From: Octopus sinensis
Lineage: Eukaryota
NCBI RefSeq assembly: GCF_006345805.1
Contig: NC_043003.1
Span: 8,060,001-8,124,000, forward strand
Reading direction: 5' to 3'
DNA length: 64,000 nt
Shown here: in pieces, positions 13,491 through 25,622 of the stretch
Numbering within the stretch: position 1 is the first letter of the stretch
How the letters are laid out: every line of letters starts with the position of its first letter
Notes under the pieces: model-generated
Databases searched by the model: none
Seen by the model: the letters and a program-made list of their open reading frames with translations, nothing else
What the model was told of the DNA's origin: nothing
Position numbers and translations under genes: made by a program

Positions 13491-13494
<4 letters not shown>
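12218..13494 (-). mobile_element. Decayed full-length mariner (D,D34D) transposon
   Basis: Fragmented minus-strand transposase: NICEAYGDDAVGESTVRRWFAKFKTG (HTH), KEWIPHKL (WVPHEL-like), LVTRDENWIVYEDVVRKRSW, GVVLYQNNA*PH, HPPYSSDIAPVDDHLF; degenerate TIRs ttaggttgtcctgaaatttctgagtgttttta / attaaaaacgctcagaactttccgcaccgtcta; ~1.28 kb. Confidence 0.9.
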
Positions 13495-13542
<48 letters not shown>

Positions 13543-13569
13543 CTATCTATCTATCTATCTATCTATCTA

Positions 13570-13623
<54 letters not shown>

Positions 13624-13655
13624 ATATATATATTATATATATATATATATATATA
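13494..13655. repeat. (TCTA)n/(TC)n/(TA)n compound microsatellite
   Basis: Direct reading. Confidence 0.95.
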
Positions 13656-14974
13656 TCAACGTAATATCTGTTATATGTGCTAATTATAATAAAACAATTG
13701 CAAATATGTACAAGCATATTTAAGTTCACTCTCAAAAATTCACACGCATACACTCACATGCATATACACACTATCTGTCTCTGTCTCGCATACATACATA
13801 CACATACACACACATACACACAAACACACGCGCACACAGAAATATGTACGCTTGCATGTATAAGTATTCACAAACATATTTAGAAGCAGGCAGTTATTTA
13901 TGCAAATAACTTTACACATATAGCGACTCAAAAATAAATCCTACGTTCAAAATCTTTTTGACTTTACATACACCGCATTTGCGTGTTATGTCTATTTAAA
14001 TCAACCACCAAGAAATTTAGCGTGTACGAAGCGCCATCAGAATGGAAACAACGAAGCAATAACCGAAAGTATTTGATCAATGTTTATAGATATTTCCTCT
14101 TAAAATCTCTCAAGCTGTCATCAGTAATTCACCAAATAGTTTTATTCAGCGAGTGGAAGACAAACACCGCCATTTCTGATGCAATATATCTGCTTTTTAA
14201 TGCTAGTCGCAAATACAAATCTTTCAGTGGAACCATCATCTGAAATGTCCAGACGGTCTCAACTGACTCGTATTGAAATCTTAGATAACTGAAAATTCTC
14301 AAGATGAAAGCGAGAAAATTTGCGCTGAAGTTTGCCGTTCAGCGTTGATAGCTTTATTTGTGTGTGGAGTAACGATTTGCGTTTTATATATTTAGTTGCC
14401 AGCGTGTCATTTGTCACCATATTTTTTTCTTCTGATCAGTGCACCAAAACATATGCTACGTATCTCCTCGAAATTCGGCTAGTCAATTACTGCAGTACAT
14501 TTATCTCCGTTTATCACGGCTGTTTCATTCAATCAATGATAAATGAGTCGCCTTCATTCACGTTCTTAATTGAACAAATAGTAGATTTATTGTCAACAAA
14601 CTTGCGTCAAGCATTTTCTTGATATTCTTTTAACGTTTCCTTGATAAAATACACACGTCTGCGTCATTTGTTAGGAACAGGCAGCTATTTTCTGCTCACT
14701 GGTCCCATGAGAGTGCATATGAGTTTATAAATTTCTATAAGAAAATACGCAGCCTAGCTGTAGGGTAACATAAACGCAAGCGATAACGAATACATTTTGG
14801 GTGCAACTTTCCTGTATCACCAGAATCTTCCGCAAATCGTCTATCCGTGTCGTCGCTGACACAACAACACGTTTATTTTTATCAAGTGGTACCGTACCAC
14901 CTACAAGTTTCAGTCTCCGTTAAAAACCAGTATATATGCTACGAAAACCAGTATCTATACTGCCAAAATGTAAT

Positions 14975-15110
14975 TACTTCTACTCTAGGCAAAAGGCCTC
15001 CGAAACTTTATGGGAAAGGGCTAGTCGATTATACCGATCCTAGTGCATAACTGTTACTTATTTCATCGATCCCAGAAGGATGAAAGGCAAAGTCCACCTC
15101 GGCGGAATGT
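14975..15110 (-). mobile_element. SINE family A, 3' portion
   Basis: Matches the tail half of 103-315. Confidence 0.7.
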
Positions 15111-15280
15111 ACCGAAATATAATTGTTAACCTAAACTCGAAAACTTTAACTGCATTTGAACTAAGGTAAGCTGTACAAAATGGCATATACAAGATGTGTA
15201 AAAAAAATTCTCAAACAAAACCAAATATTTTATATCGGAAAGCCATCAAATTCAAACGTTTATATCTCTGTTGTCTACGT

Positions 15281-15533
15281 CAGTGCTTCTCAAACTATCT
15301 GATGTGGCATACCGACAGTGTTTGTCCAATGTGCTAGGGTCCGGTAATATTTCTTAGTAACGTTAATTTATACCGGAAACAATATATATAATGAATATAA
15401 TAAAAGTTGACAATTTTTTGTCTTTTATTTTGTCAACAAATAATACAATATTACATAAGTATTTTATAAGCATTTTATAATGTTTCTTTCTTTTCTGGAA
15501 ACTGGCCGCAGACCACCACTCTGAATAGCACTG
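15281..15533. mobile_element. hAT-type MITE (253 bp)
   Basis: Termini cagtgcttctcaaact / actctgaatagcactg; 8-bp TSD gtctacgt / gtctacgg (7 of 8). Confidence 0.75.
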
Positions 15534-15771
15534 GTCTACGGAATAAAGCAATTTTATATATTATAATTCATTTGTTTCAGTCATTTGACTTACAGGGAAA
15601 AATCAGATTTAGGATTGAATCCAATTTTATAGTAAAATCTTATATTATATTAAATTAGAGACAAAACCACTATTAGGCAAATCAAACAATGAAAAACTTA
15701 AGCCAATACATATGATTAATTTATATTATTTAAATATGTAACAAAATTATAAAAAATTATAATTAATATCA

Positions 15772-15832
15772 CACTACGATCGTTTCATGCCTGCTGTCTT
15801 CAAGTTTTTGAGTCGCAGTCATTCATCAGGTG
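15772..15832 (-). ncRNA. Minimal type I hammerhead motif (minus-strand copy)
   Basis: Mirror of 15973-16033. Confidence 0.65.
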
Positions 15833-15972
15833 GTTTAAATATTTTTCTTGGCGAGGTTTAAACAGCTGTCTTCAAATTTTTGAGTCGCATTCATTCATCA
15901 GGTGGTTTAAATATTTTTCTTGGCGAGGTTTAAACAATGATTGTTAAACCTCGCCAAGAAAAATATTTAAAC

Positions 15973-16033
15973 CACCTGATGAATGACTGCGACTCAAAAA
16001 TTTGAAGACAGCAGGCATGAAACGATCGTAGTG
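15973..16033 (+). ncRNA. Minimal type I hammerhead motif with palindromic loop III
   Basis: CAC-CUGAUGA-AUGaCUGC...GCAGgCAU-GAAAC-GAUC-GUA-GUG; ACGAUCGU is self-complementary, as in dimeric Penelope-associated HHRs; stem I is only 3 bp. Confidence 0.65.
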
Positions 16034-16178
16034 TGATATTAATTATATTTTTTAATAATTTTGTTACATATTTAAATAATATAATTAATCATATGTATTG
16101 GCTTAAAGTTTTCATTGTTTGATTTGCCTAATAGTGGTTTTGTCTCTAATTTAATATAATATATATATGTATATATAT

Positions 16179-16219
<41 letters not shown>

Positions 16220-16241
16220 TATATATATATAATATAATTAT

Positions 16242-16287
<46 letters not shown>

Positions 16288-16302
16288 ATATATATATATA
16301 TA

Positions 16303-16445
16303 TACCGTTGGGCTTTTTAAGTTTCCTTCTGGTTGGCTCGAGACTATAGTAAAAGACACATACAAAAGGTGACATGCAGTGGACCGAACTCGGCACCATT
16401 TTGTTGAGAAGCAAGCTTCTTACCACGTAGCCAAGCCTGCGCCTA
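16303..16445 (-). mobile_element. SINE family C, 5' half
   Basis: Collinear with 5160-5302. Confidence 0.7.
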
Positions 16446-16844
16446 ACTGTATGCATTTTAATAATGGAGATGCCAAATAACAGATGATACAACTGTTGTG
16501 CAAATTCTAAACGATATCTAGTAAGACTTCAAAAATTAATTAAAACAATAACATGATGTATAAGAGGAATGTAATGGAAAGAGATACTGGAATATTTCTG
16601 ATCCAAATGGAAAAAACAAAATTGTGAATGACACAATTCTTCAAAATGGTCGAGAATGATATATGTCAAAAATAATGGTAAACGAATATTCAAAAGAAGA
16701 TCGATAAATTTCGCGGATGCTTCGCCTGTTGTGCTTCACAAATATAAATAGCTTTTTTTTCATGTTTATGGGCCTCGAAGTGACAGCGGAGACGAACGAA
16801 TTTAGTCTCTGTTAACCACTCCGCGCACACAAGCACGGACATTG

Positions 16845-17005
16845 TGCGTGTGCGTGTATATATATATATATAATATATATATATATATATGTGTTGTGTG
16901 TATGTGTGTGTGTGTTGGTGTTTGCGTGTGTATGTGTTTGTATGTGTATGTGTATATGCAGACATTTATTTAAATATTATATATATTATATGTATATATA
17001 ATGTG

Positions 17006-17049
<44 letters not shown>

Positions 17050-17260
17050 CGTATGTGCTTATGTGTATGTATGTGTGTGTATGTATGTATGTATGTATGT
17101 ATGTATATATATTTATATATGTACGTGTGTGGCTTGTGTGTGTTTGCGTGTGTGTGTGTGCGTATGTGTATGTGTGTATGTATATGCAGACATTTATTTA
17201 CATATATATATATATATTTATGTATGTGTGTGTATGCATGTATGTATGTATGTATGTATG

Positions 17261-17303
<43 letters not shown>

Positions 17304-17355
17304 GTGTGTGCTTGTGTGTGTGTATGTATATATATATATGTATATATATATATAC
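16845..17355. repeat. Compound (TA)/(TG)/(TATG)n block with an internal ~250-bp degenerate duplication
   Basis: tgtatatgcagacattta occurs at about 16950 and 17180. Confidence 0.85.
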
Positions 17356-18271
17356 ACGTTATTACACATATGTATTCTTGATCATATATACACGTTCGGA
17401 TACACACAATGAGGAAGACCGGCCACTAAAACAACTCTTTTGGTCATATTTTTACTGACCCCCCACACCCCCATTACAGAAGACCATTACCGCCAAAATG
17501 TATCCATTTATGGCACAGTACGTGCATCCATACATAGTACAGCACATCTGCTAGCTTTACAAGCAACGCAGCTCAGCCTGCAAACGTTGCTACCTTTTTA
17601 ACTACTCCGCCTTTTTGGTTTTTTTATATTATCGTTTTTGCTTTTGTTTTTTGATAGCTTGCCAAAGAATTTTCTGTTATCTTTAGAAACAACATTTCTC
17701 ACCCTAGATGACTCCGTGTGTTCTATATTTGCTGACCCATTCTATCGAACTCCACATTGCACTAGATTCGACATCCCTCACCACCCAAGTTCCTTCTTTG
17801 CGCGCCAGTTTGCTTCCTACGTTGAAGAAGCAGATCCAGTCACTACCAATCAACAAACCTAAATATTCTGAAAAAAAAATTCTTCGATTAAACCCAAAAC
17901 GTACACTCCAAATCGAACCCTATCCGACCAAAATACTTCAGTGATTTCAAATTTGCTGTATCGTATCCAACGTCCCAAAGAAGTCCACCTTTGACTCCTT
18001 TTAAATGGCTGTTTATAACACTCACTTGAAACATCAAAAAGGAGATGTGAAGCGCTTTATGCCCATGTCCTCCTGAGTGACCCCTTATATCATACAATAA
18101 AGCCAGACCTACTGTTTTCCAGTGGTCTTTTGCCAAAGACCTATTTATCTTTATGCTAGGAAGACCCAAGTCTAAACAGAACATTCAATCCTCCACTGAC
18201 AGAGATGTTGCCAAATTTTTAATTAATAAAGAATTATTTATTATTATATCTCTATTTTCTTATCTTCCTAT

Positions 18272-18316
<45 letters not shown>

Positions 18317-18357
18317 GTGTGTGCGTGTGTGTGTGTGGTGTGTGTGTATGTGTGTGT

Positions 18358-18505
18358 GTCTGTATGACGGGCTTCTTTCAGTTTCTGCCTAGCATTTCCA
18401 CTCACAAGGCTTTGTTCGGCCCAAGGCTATATTAGAAGACAGTTGCCCAATGTGCAAATCAGTGGTACCGAACGCGAAACCATGCGGTTGGGAAGAAGGC
18501 TTCTT
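18358..18505 (-). mobile_element. SINE family C, 5' half (part of an inverted duplication)
   Basis: Collinear with other C copies; mirrored at 21975-22138. Confidence 0.75.
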
Positions 18506-19071
18506 ACCAAACACGCACTTCTACACCTATTTGTGGCATATGTTGAAATATTTTGTTCTGAAAGATGCTCTTCTTGAAAATATAAACCTGTTCGTATTAA
18601 ACTTGTACATGCTTCCGTTTGGGAAAGTAAAAGAAGCAGCATATGTCTTTCTAGAAGAGCATGGAATATGAGAATAGAAATAAGAATATAGAAAATAAAG
18701 GCAAGTTTGGGGAGAGAATGACAGAAGTAATATGGCGGATATTATTGGAGAGGAGTGGGGAGAAGTTTTCAAGTGGAATCTTTCACCACCAACAAAAGGC
18801 GTTATTGACAGGCAAACTAGGAACCCGATGTAAGACATGTATGTCATTGGAAAAAGACATCGAAAATAATCTCGTAAAGCAGCATATCCACCAGAAAGAC
18901 ATGACTACTACGATGTATAAGGGGCCATTCCTGCTTCAGACCCTCTTTAGTCTTCGGCAACGTGGAACGAAAGCTTTAAAAACCAGTCCCCATATTGGGT
19001 CGCATAATCACCAATGATTTGATCTTTCCTGGATCTCTCAAATACATTTTCAGGGGTAAAATATACTTCAG

Positions 19072-19405
19072 CTGGTGAAGTGCGTGCCTGAGTGCTAAGG
19101 GTAGTCGTCTCACGATTGGGAAGTCGTGGGTTCGATTCATGGCAGCACGTTGTGTCCTTCAGCATGAAACTTTATTTCACTTTGTTCCAGTCCACTTAGC
19201 TAGCAAAAATGAGTTGTACCTGGAATTAAAAAGGGCCAGCCATGCCACCTCCTGCATCACATTGAATCTCCCTGAGGACTACGTTAAGGGCACATGTGTC
19301 TGTGGAGTGCTCAGCAAATTGCACGTTGATTTTACGAACAGGCTGTCTCGTTGGTTGGATCATCTGGAACCCTCGTCGTAGTAAGCGACGGAGGGCCAGT
19401 GTACT
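19072..19405 (+). mobile_element. SINE family D, full length
   Basis: tRNA-like head with gggttcgattc B box; shared body and tail with other D copies. Confidence 0.7.
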
Positions 19406-19714
19406 TCAGTTAATTCTCTACACAGGGTTGATGATTCATAAATGTTAAACAACTTATACAATAGGATATTGGGATGGTGTTGTTCTTACATAAGCTGAGA
19501 ACCCAGATCGATTTAAAAGGAGGCTGTGGTTCGGCTGATTGTAAAAAAAAACTCACGAACACAGTGAGTATCAGCAACAGACAACTTTCCTTGTGGTCTG
19601 TCACTAAAACAGCCGTCACTGCTACTCAGAATCCGTTTTATCCTTTATCGGATAATGAGGATTATAAAACTCGCGTCCAGCTTTCCATTGTAATGAATGT
19701 AAGAGTGGGAACAT

Positions 19715-20098
19715 TGTCTAGGTCGACCCCAGTGATCAACCGTTAATTATTTTATTGATCCCGAAAGGATGAAAGGCAAAGTCGACCTCAGCGGCATTTG
19801 AGCTCAGAACGTAAAGACGGACGAGATACAGCTAAGCATATTGCTCCGCGAGATAAATATTCTTATTTCTTTATTGCCCACAAAGGGTCTAAACATGGAG
19901 GAGACAAACAAGGACAGACATAGGTATTAAGTCGATTACATCGACCCCAGTGCGTAACTGGTAATTAATTTATCGACCCCGAAATGATGAAAGGCAAAGT
20001 CGACCTCGGCGGAATTTGAACTCAGAACGTAGCGGCAGACGAAATACCGTTAAGCATTTCGCCCTGCGCGCTAACGATTCTGCCACCTGGTCGCCCAA
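19715..20098 (-). mobile_element. SINE B monomer followed by a headless unit
   Basis: On the minus strand the B tail ...aaagaaata joins agaatattta (degenerate agaaacgtta) near 19863. Confidence 0.75.
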
Positions 20099-20563
20099 GT
20101 CGAACCCACCTCTATGGTTTCCAATGTACTCTTGTGATAGGAATAGAAATACAAATATATGTTTAAATGTCACTTTAGATGTTTGCAACATGGATTAATC
20201 TAACAATAAACAATCAGATTAGCGACAAAACTAAAACAAATCAACAGCTGATATTCTTTTTTTTCTCCGTCTCCTAGCTTCCTTCTTTTTCTTCGACTTC
20301 TTCTTCATTGGCTTTAGAGAAAACGAACAAAGCCGCAGAGCACTCCACTTTTAATATTACGCGTAGGAAAGATGGAGGACGGCAGCAAAAGGACAAAGGA
20401 AGTAAAAAAGATGATGGAAATGATAGATATGTTAAGGCGATGTGGATGGGATTGTGGGAAGGGGATTAGAATGAGGTTGAGCACACTTTATCACGATGAT
20501 GCTAATCTTGCTGCCGCTGCTGCTGCTGCTGCTGATGATGATGATGATGAATACGTAATAGTA

Positions 20564-20595
<32 letters not shown>

Positions 20596-20979
20596 GTACG
20601 TAAACGGAAAGCAATGCGGAGGCGGATGTGCATAATGAAAAAAAAAATAAAGAGTTACAACAAAAAGACGAAAGGAAAAAAAAGAAAGAAAGCGTTATAT
20701 AAAGATATAAAGATGCATAAATAAAGATATATATATATAAATATAAATATATAAAGATGCATATATAAAGATATAAAGAGGCATGAATAAATTTATATAA
20801 AGATTATAAAGATGAAGAAGAAGAAGAAAAAACAAGCGAAGCAAATTAAATAGAAATAAATGCATAGTAAACAGAAATGAAAACAAAACTGAAGTAGGTT
20901 GGTGGGCGGGGAGTAAAAAATAAAAGACAGGAAGATGTAGTAGCATACATCTTATCCTCTTCCTCAACCTCCTGATTCT

Positions 20980-21201
20980 CTTCATCATCACCATCATAGA
21001 CACAATCGTCGTCGTCGTCGTCTACTCCTTCCTCCTACTCACCGACATCGTCATCATTACCGCCGTTGTCAATGTCGTCATTGTCACCACCACCACCACC
21101 AACCACCACCACCATCACCATCATCCTCATCATCATCATCATCATCATCCTCATCGAATATTATCACCATTATCGTAATCGTCATCATGATTGCTATCAT
21201 T

Positions 21202-21245
<44 letters not shown>

Positions 21246-21258
21246 TGAATATTGTCAC

Positions 21259-21292
<34 letters not shown>

Positions 21293-21620
21293 GTCATCAT
21301 ATCATCATTATGATCATCTACCATCGTCATCATCATCATCATCACCATCATGCTCCACCGTCATCATCATCGTCATCGTCTACCACCATAATCATCATCA
21401 ATATCATCATCAGCAGCATCATTATCCATCACCATCGTCATCATCTACCATCATCACCATCATCATCATCATCATCATCGTCGTCGTCGTCGTCATCGTC
21501 ATCATCGTCATCATCTACGATCATTATCATCATCATCATCGTCATCCTCCCCCTCCTCCTCCTCCTCATCATCGTCATCATCGTCATCGTCATCGTCGTC
21601 ATCGTCATCAACATCAATAA
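20980..21620. repeat. (CAT)n/(CGT)n/(CAC)n degenerate trinucleotide block
   Basis: Direct reading; source of the poly-H/I/S pseudo-ORFs. Confidence 0.95.
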
Positions 21621-21974
21621 TATTTTCAGTAGTCGTTATAAGGAAAGTAAAACGATAGTCCTTCCAACCATTGAGTATTGTTTGGCTTCACAAGAACTTT
21701 AACATTGCTAACAAAATTCCACTTGAAAGCCTCACCCTCCCACTCCTCTCCAATAATATCCGCCATATTACTTCTGTCATTCTCTCCCCAAACATGTCTT
21801 TATTTTCTATATTGTTATTTCTATTCTCATATTCCATGCTCTTCAAGAAAGACGACATGTGCTGCTTCTTTTACTTTCCCAAACGGAAGCATGTACAAGT
21901 TTGATACGAACAGGTTTATATTTTCAAGAAGAACATCTTTCAGGACAAAATATTTCAACATTTTCCACAAATAG

Positions 21975-22134
21975 ACGTAGAAGTGTGTGTTTAGTAAGAA
22001 GCTTGCTTCCCAACCGCACGGTTTCGCGTTCAGTACCACTGCTTTGCACGTTGAGCAAGTGTCTTCTAATATAGCCTCGGGCCGACCAAAGCCTTGTGAG
22101 TGGAATTGCCTGACGGAAACTGAAAGAAACTCGC

Positions 22135-22138
<4 letters not shown>
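21975..22138 (+). mobile_element. SINE family C, 5' half (inverted duplicate of 18358-18505)
   Basis: Shares the SINE/flank junction with the copy at 18505. Confidence 0.75.
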
Positions 22139-22225
<87 letters not shown>

Positions 22226-22319
22226 CGTAATTAGGATAAAATCGTTATTTAATGATTTATCAGTGGCCAGCATACTAAATATACCATAATGGTTAACTTA
22301 TATCAAAATTATAATAAGC

Positions 22320-22528
22320 GTGTTGAATGGTTACAACACCAGTCTGCTAGAAATAGACCCCAAAAAGTGTATGAACCACTTAGATTATTACTCCACTCCA
22401 CAAGGTTTATAAATCCTCACTGTCTACTTTCTTGGCTTACAACCTTTTGTAGTGTAGTAATAATCTAAGTGCTTCATAGACTTTTTTGGGTCTATTTTTA
22501 GCAGACTGGTGTTGTAATTATTCAACAC
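22320..22528. repeat. Fold-back palindrome (88-bp arms, 33-nt loop), MITE-like
   Basis: gtgttgaatggttacaacaccagtctgcta... pairs with ...tagcagactggtgttgtaattattcaacac with few mismatches. Confidence 0.8.
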
Positions 22529-22846
22529 CATTATTATTATATATATGTATATATATATATATATATATATAAAGAAGTTAAGAAATAGAGAGATAATTAA
22601 TAAATAATTATTTATTAATTAGAACTTTGACAACATCTCTAACAGTTGTTTCAGTAATCGAAACAGCTGTCAGAGATGTTGTCAAATTTTATTTTATCTT
22701 CTTTAAGTATATAAATATCACAGTTTATCTAGTTACCTTGCAGTTGAATATTAATTGTAACATTCAAAACTTATTGAATAAGTAACTAACCAATATTTTC
22801 ACTGAAATTTTTCATCTCTTATGAGGTTTATAATCTTTATTGAACT

Positions 22847-22914
<68 letters not shown>

Positions 22915-23729
22915 CGTGGGTAGTTGTGTATGTGCGTGTGTATGTATGTATGCGTGTGTATATATATATAATATATATAATATATATATATATATATATT
23001 ACATACATATGTGTGTGTGTGTGTCTGTATGCGTATGTGTGCGTGTGATTGTGTGTGTGTGTCTTCGTGCCACTGTCTGTCACCACATATCACTTCACGA
23101 TCAGTGCTGGTATATTTGCTCCTGTAACCAAGCGGTTCGGCAAAAGTGTCCGATAGAATAAGTACCAGCTTTTTTTTAAACAAAAAAAGGAAAAATTCCT
23201 ATAGTCGCTTCGCCTGACTAAACTATTTAAATGTGGTGCTACAGCATGGCGCCAGTGTAATGAGTAAAATCAATTAAAAAGGAAGATGCATAGTTTTTTG
23301 TTTTCCTTTTCCACATCCAAGAAATACCGAGTTTGATTATTGATTACCTTTCGTTATTAGCCCGTAAACGTTGGACATCATTAAATGATGCTTCAAAAGA
23401 TTCTACATGGATACAGCCATTATCAAAAGAATGCGAATATTTTACGGAACGTTCTCATAATAAGATTGTAAATTTTCTTGCGCCAGAGACTAACAATTAT
23501 TATAGTCTTTGTATTTATTCAAAGTGAAAATTAGAATAAACATTTTTTTCTTAAAGAAAAGAGATATATATCATCTTTCTTTTTCTTCTTTTTTGTTGTA
23601 CTTTGTACGTTTGGCGCACATATTAATGTAACTTTTTCACGCAATTTAAGGGTTAAAGATCCGTAACTGAAAACACGTTGCAGAAAATATGCCGGGAATT
23701 TCCTAATTGAAGATTGTGTCATCGATTGA

Positions 23730-24021
23730 GTTGTTTTGTTTGTTTCTTCACGAGCCATGTCTGGCTCATAAGGGCCGGTTTCCTGGTTTCTTTGGCGTAT
23801 AGGTTCCCCACCTGGACGGGACGCGGGTCCGTCGCAGGTGAGCTGCAAGATGCAGGAGGAAAGAGTGAGAGAAAGTTGTGGCGAAAGAGTCAGCAGAGGT
23901 TCGCCATTACCTTCTGCCGGAGACGCGTGGAGCTTACGTGTTTCGCTCATAAACACACACATCATCCGGTCTGAGATTCGAAACCGCGATCCCTCGACCA
24001 CGAGTCCGCTGCCCTAACTAC
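23730..24021 (-). mobile_element. tRNA-derived SINE with a V-SINE-like central domain
   Basis: Head tagttagggcagcggactcg...ggtttcgaatctc; ctcacctgcgacggacc..gtcccgtccagg motif; second copy at 37028-37339. Confidence 0.7.
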
Positions 24022-24031
24022 TTCTTCGAAG

Positions 24032-24887
24032 TAGAAATGCTGATCTAGACAAAGCCAGAACTCATCAGTGGCTGAGAAGCTCAGCGCTGAAAGCAGAGAC
24101 TGAAGGTTACATATTAACCGCACGAGACCAAAGTTTGCTTACCAAAAAACTGCCAGGCTAACGTTCTTCAAAACGGTTCTGACCCTAAATGTAGATTCAG
24201 CGATAAATTTGAAGAAATAAAAGACCATATTGTTTCGGAAAGTTCCGTGCTAACACCAAGCGAATACAAAAATCGTCGCGATAGGCTAGGATAGTATTTA
24301 CATTGGAAAATATGTAAGCACTACAAAATCAGCAATCCTGCTTACTGGTATGGACACCATCCTGTGTCATTCGTTGCAGGTAAAAATGTCATTATCCTCT
24401 GGAAGTTTCTTGTCAACACCGACAAAAAGATCCAGGCTAATCGACAAGATATAGTCATTAAAGACTGGGAAGAAAATACTTGTAGAAAATACATGTAAGT
24501 GTTTCCACAAATAAAAATATACCTGCAATGTAAAATTAAGTAAATATAAGGCCCTGGAAATTGAAATACAAAAGATGTGTCATCTTAAAGCGAGAGCTGT
24601 CCCTGTTATTGTAGGTGCCCTTGGAATGATAAGAAAGGGATGTTAGATACATCTAGATAATATCCCAGAAGAACTTTGTCTCAGAGAAATCTAAAAGATT
24701 GTGCTGACAAGTACCGTTGATATCTTTAGAAAAACTCAATTTAAGTGACTGCGTTGTATTTCATGAAGATATTTCGCTACTGCTTTTGCCAATTCCCCAT
24801 GCTGTAACATCTCATCCTTCACTCTCTGAAGGACGTTGGGCGTGTCTCGGCAAGTGATTGTAACAAACATGCAGATTAAAAGTAAAT
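24032..24887 (+). mobile_element. Decayed 5'-truncated R4/Dong-clade RLE LINE (family 1)
   Basis: Translates with stops and frameshifts to HQWLRSSALKAETEGYILTARDQSL, YLHWKICKHYKI, KIQANRQDIVIKDW, PVIVGALGMIRKG; 3' end runs into (TAA)n. Confidence 0.85.
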
Positions 24888-24927
24888 AATAATGATAATA
24901 ATAATAATAGTAATAATAATAATAATA

Positions 24928-24983
<56 letters not shown>

Positions 24984-25014
24984 TGATGATAATGATAATG
25001 ATATAATAATAATA
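24888..25014. repeat. (TAA)n/(TGA)n microsatellite
   Basis: Direct reading. Confidence 0.95.
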
Positions 25015-25563
25015 ATGCCCTGATGCAGTACCAGCAGTGGCCTCATGGCTTCTGATCTTAACTGATTGGAAGTGTTATCATGTACATTGTTTTGTCTTGT
25101 ATAAAAGATGGGCTACAGCAATTATTCTGCTCAATACCACAGATTTGCTTGTCAGTTGTTTGACCATAACCAGTTGAGCATGTCCCTTAGTGGCTGACGA
25201 TATGTGCATCTCTGATCACGAGCAGAAGTAGTGGGAGCATCATAGCATGTGTTGAGAGGGATTCTTTGGGGTTTGAATAATTCCCCTCTGGAACATGGGT
25301 GGTTCTTTCAACATCCTTAAACAACCCTTATTCAGGGACATTTTGAGCGGGATGGGCTACTCAACCTAAAGAAAATTCTAACTGGGCCCCACCTGCAAGG
25401 TCATGTGCTGTTTATCTTGATATGAGATCACCATGTCGCGCACATATGGTTGTGATGCATGTGCCTGGTGTACCCTTATCAGACGGGTAGTCATGATGGG
25501 TATATTGGGCTTCGTATATTTTACCCCAGTGTCACTTTGATGGCATGCACTGCTCTCTCACTC
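25015..25563 (+). mobile_element. ~550 bp non-coding element embedded in (TAA)n, class unassigned
   Basis: Second copy at 345-689; (TAA)n on both sides; no ORF and no tRNA boxes recognised; orientation assumed from the ...ctcactc(aat)n end. Confidence 0.65.
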
Positions 25564-25583
25564 AATAATAATAATAATAATAA

Positions 25584-25620
<37 letters not shown>

Positions 25621-25622
<2 letters not shown>

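Larger units (their letters stand above)
15592..16162. mobile_element. Hammerhead-bearing Penelope-like element (family 3) as a long palindrome with an internal 72-bp tandem duplication
   Basis: 15641-15864 is the reverse complement of 15942-16162; 15793-15864 is duplicated at 15865-15936; the right arm runs into (TA)n. Confidence 0.75.

Noticed and set aside
17640-18185. Possible decayed LINE fragment
   Set aside because: No RT or endonuclease motif could be recovered by eye; the same applies to 4513-4830, 61880-62350 and 63420-64000.
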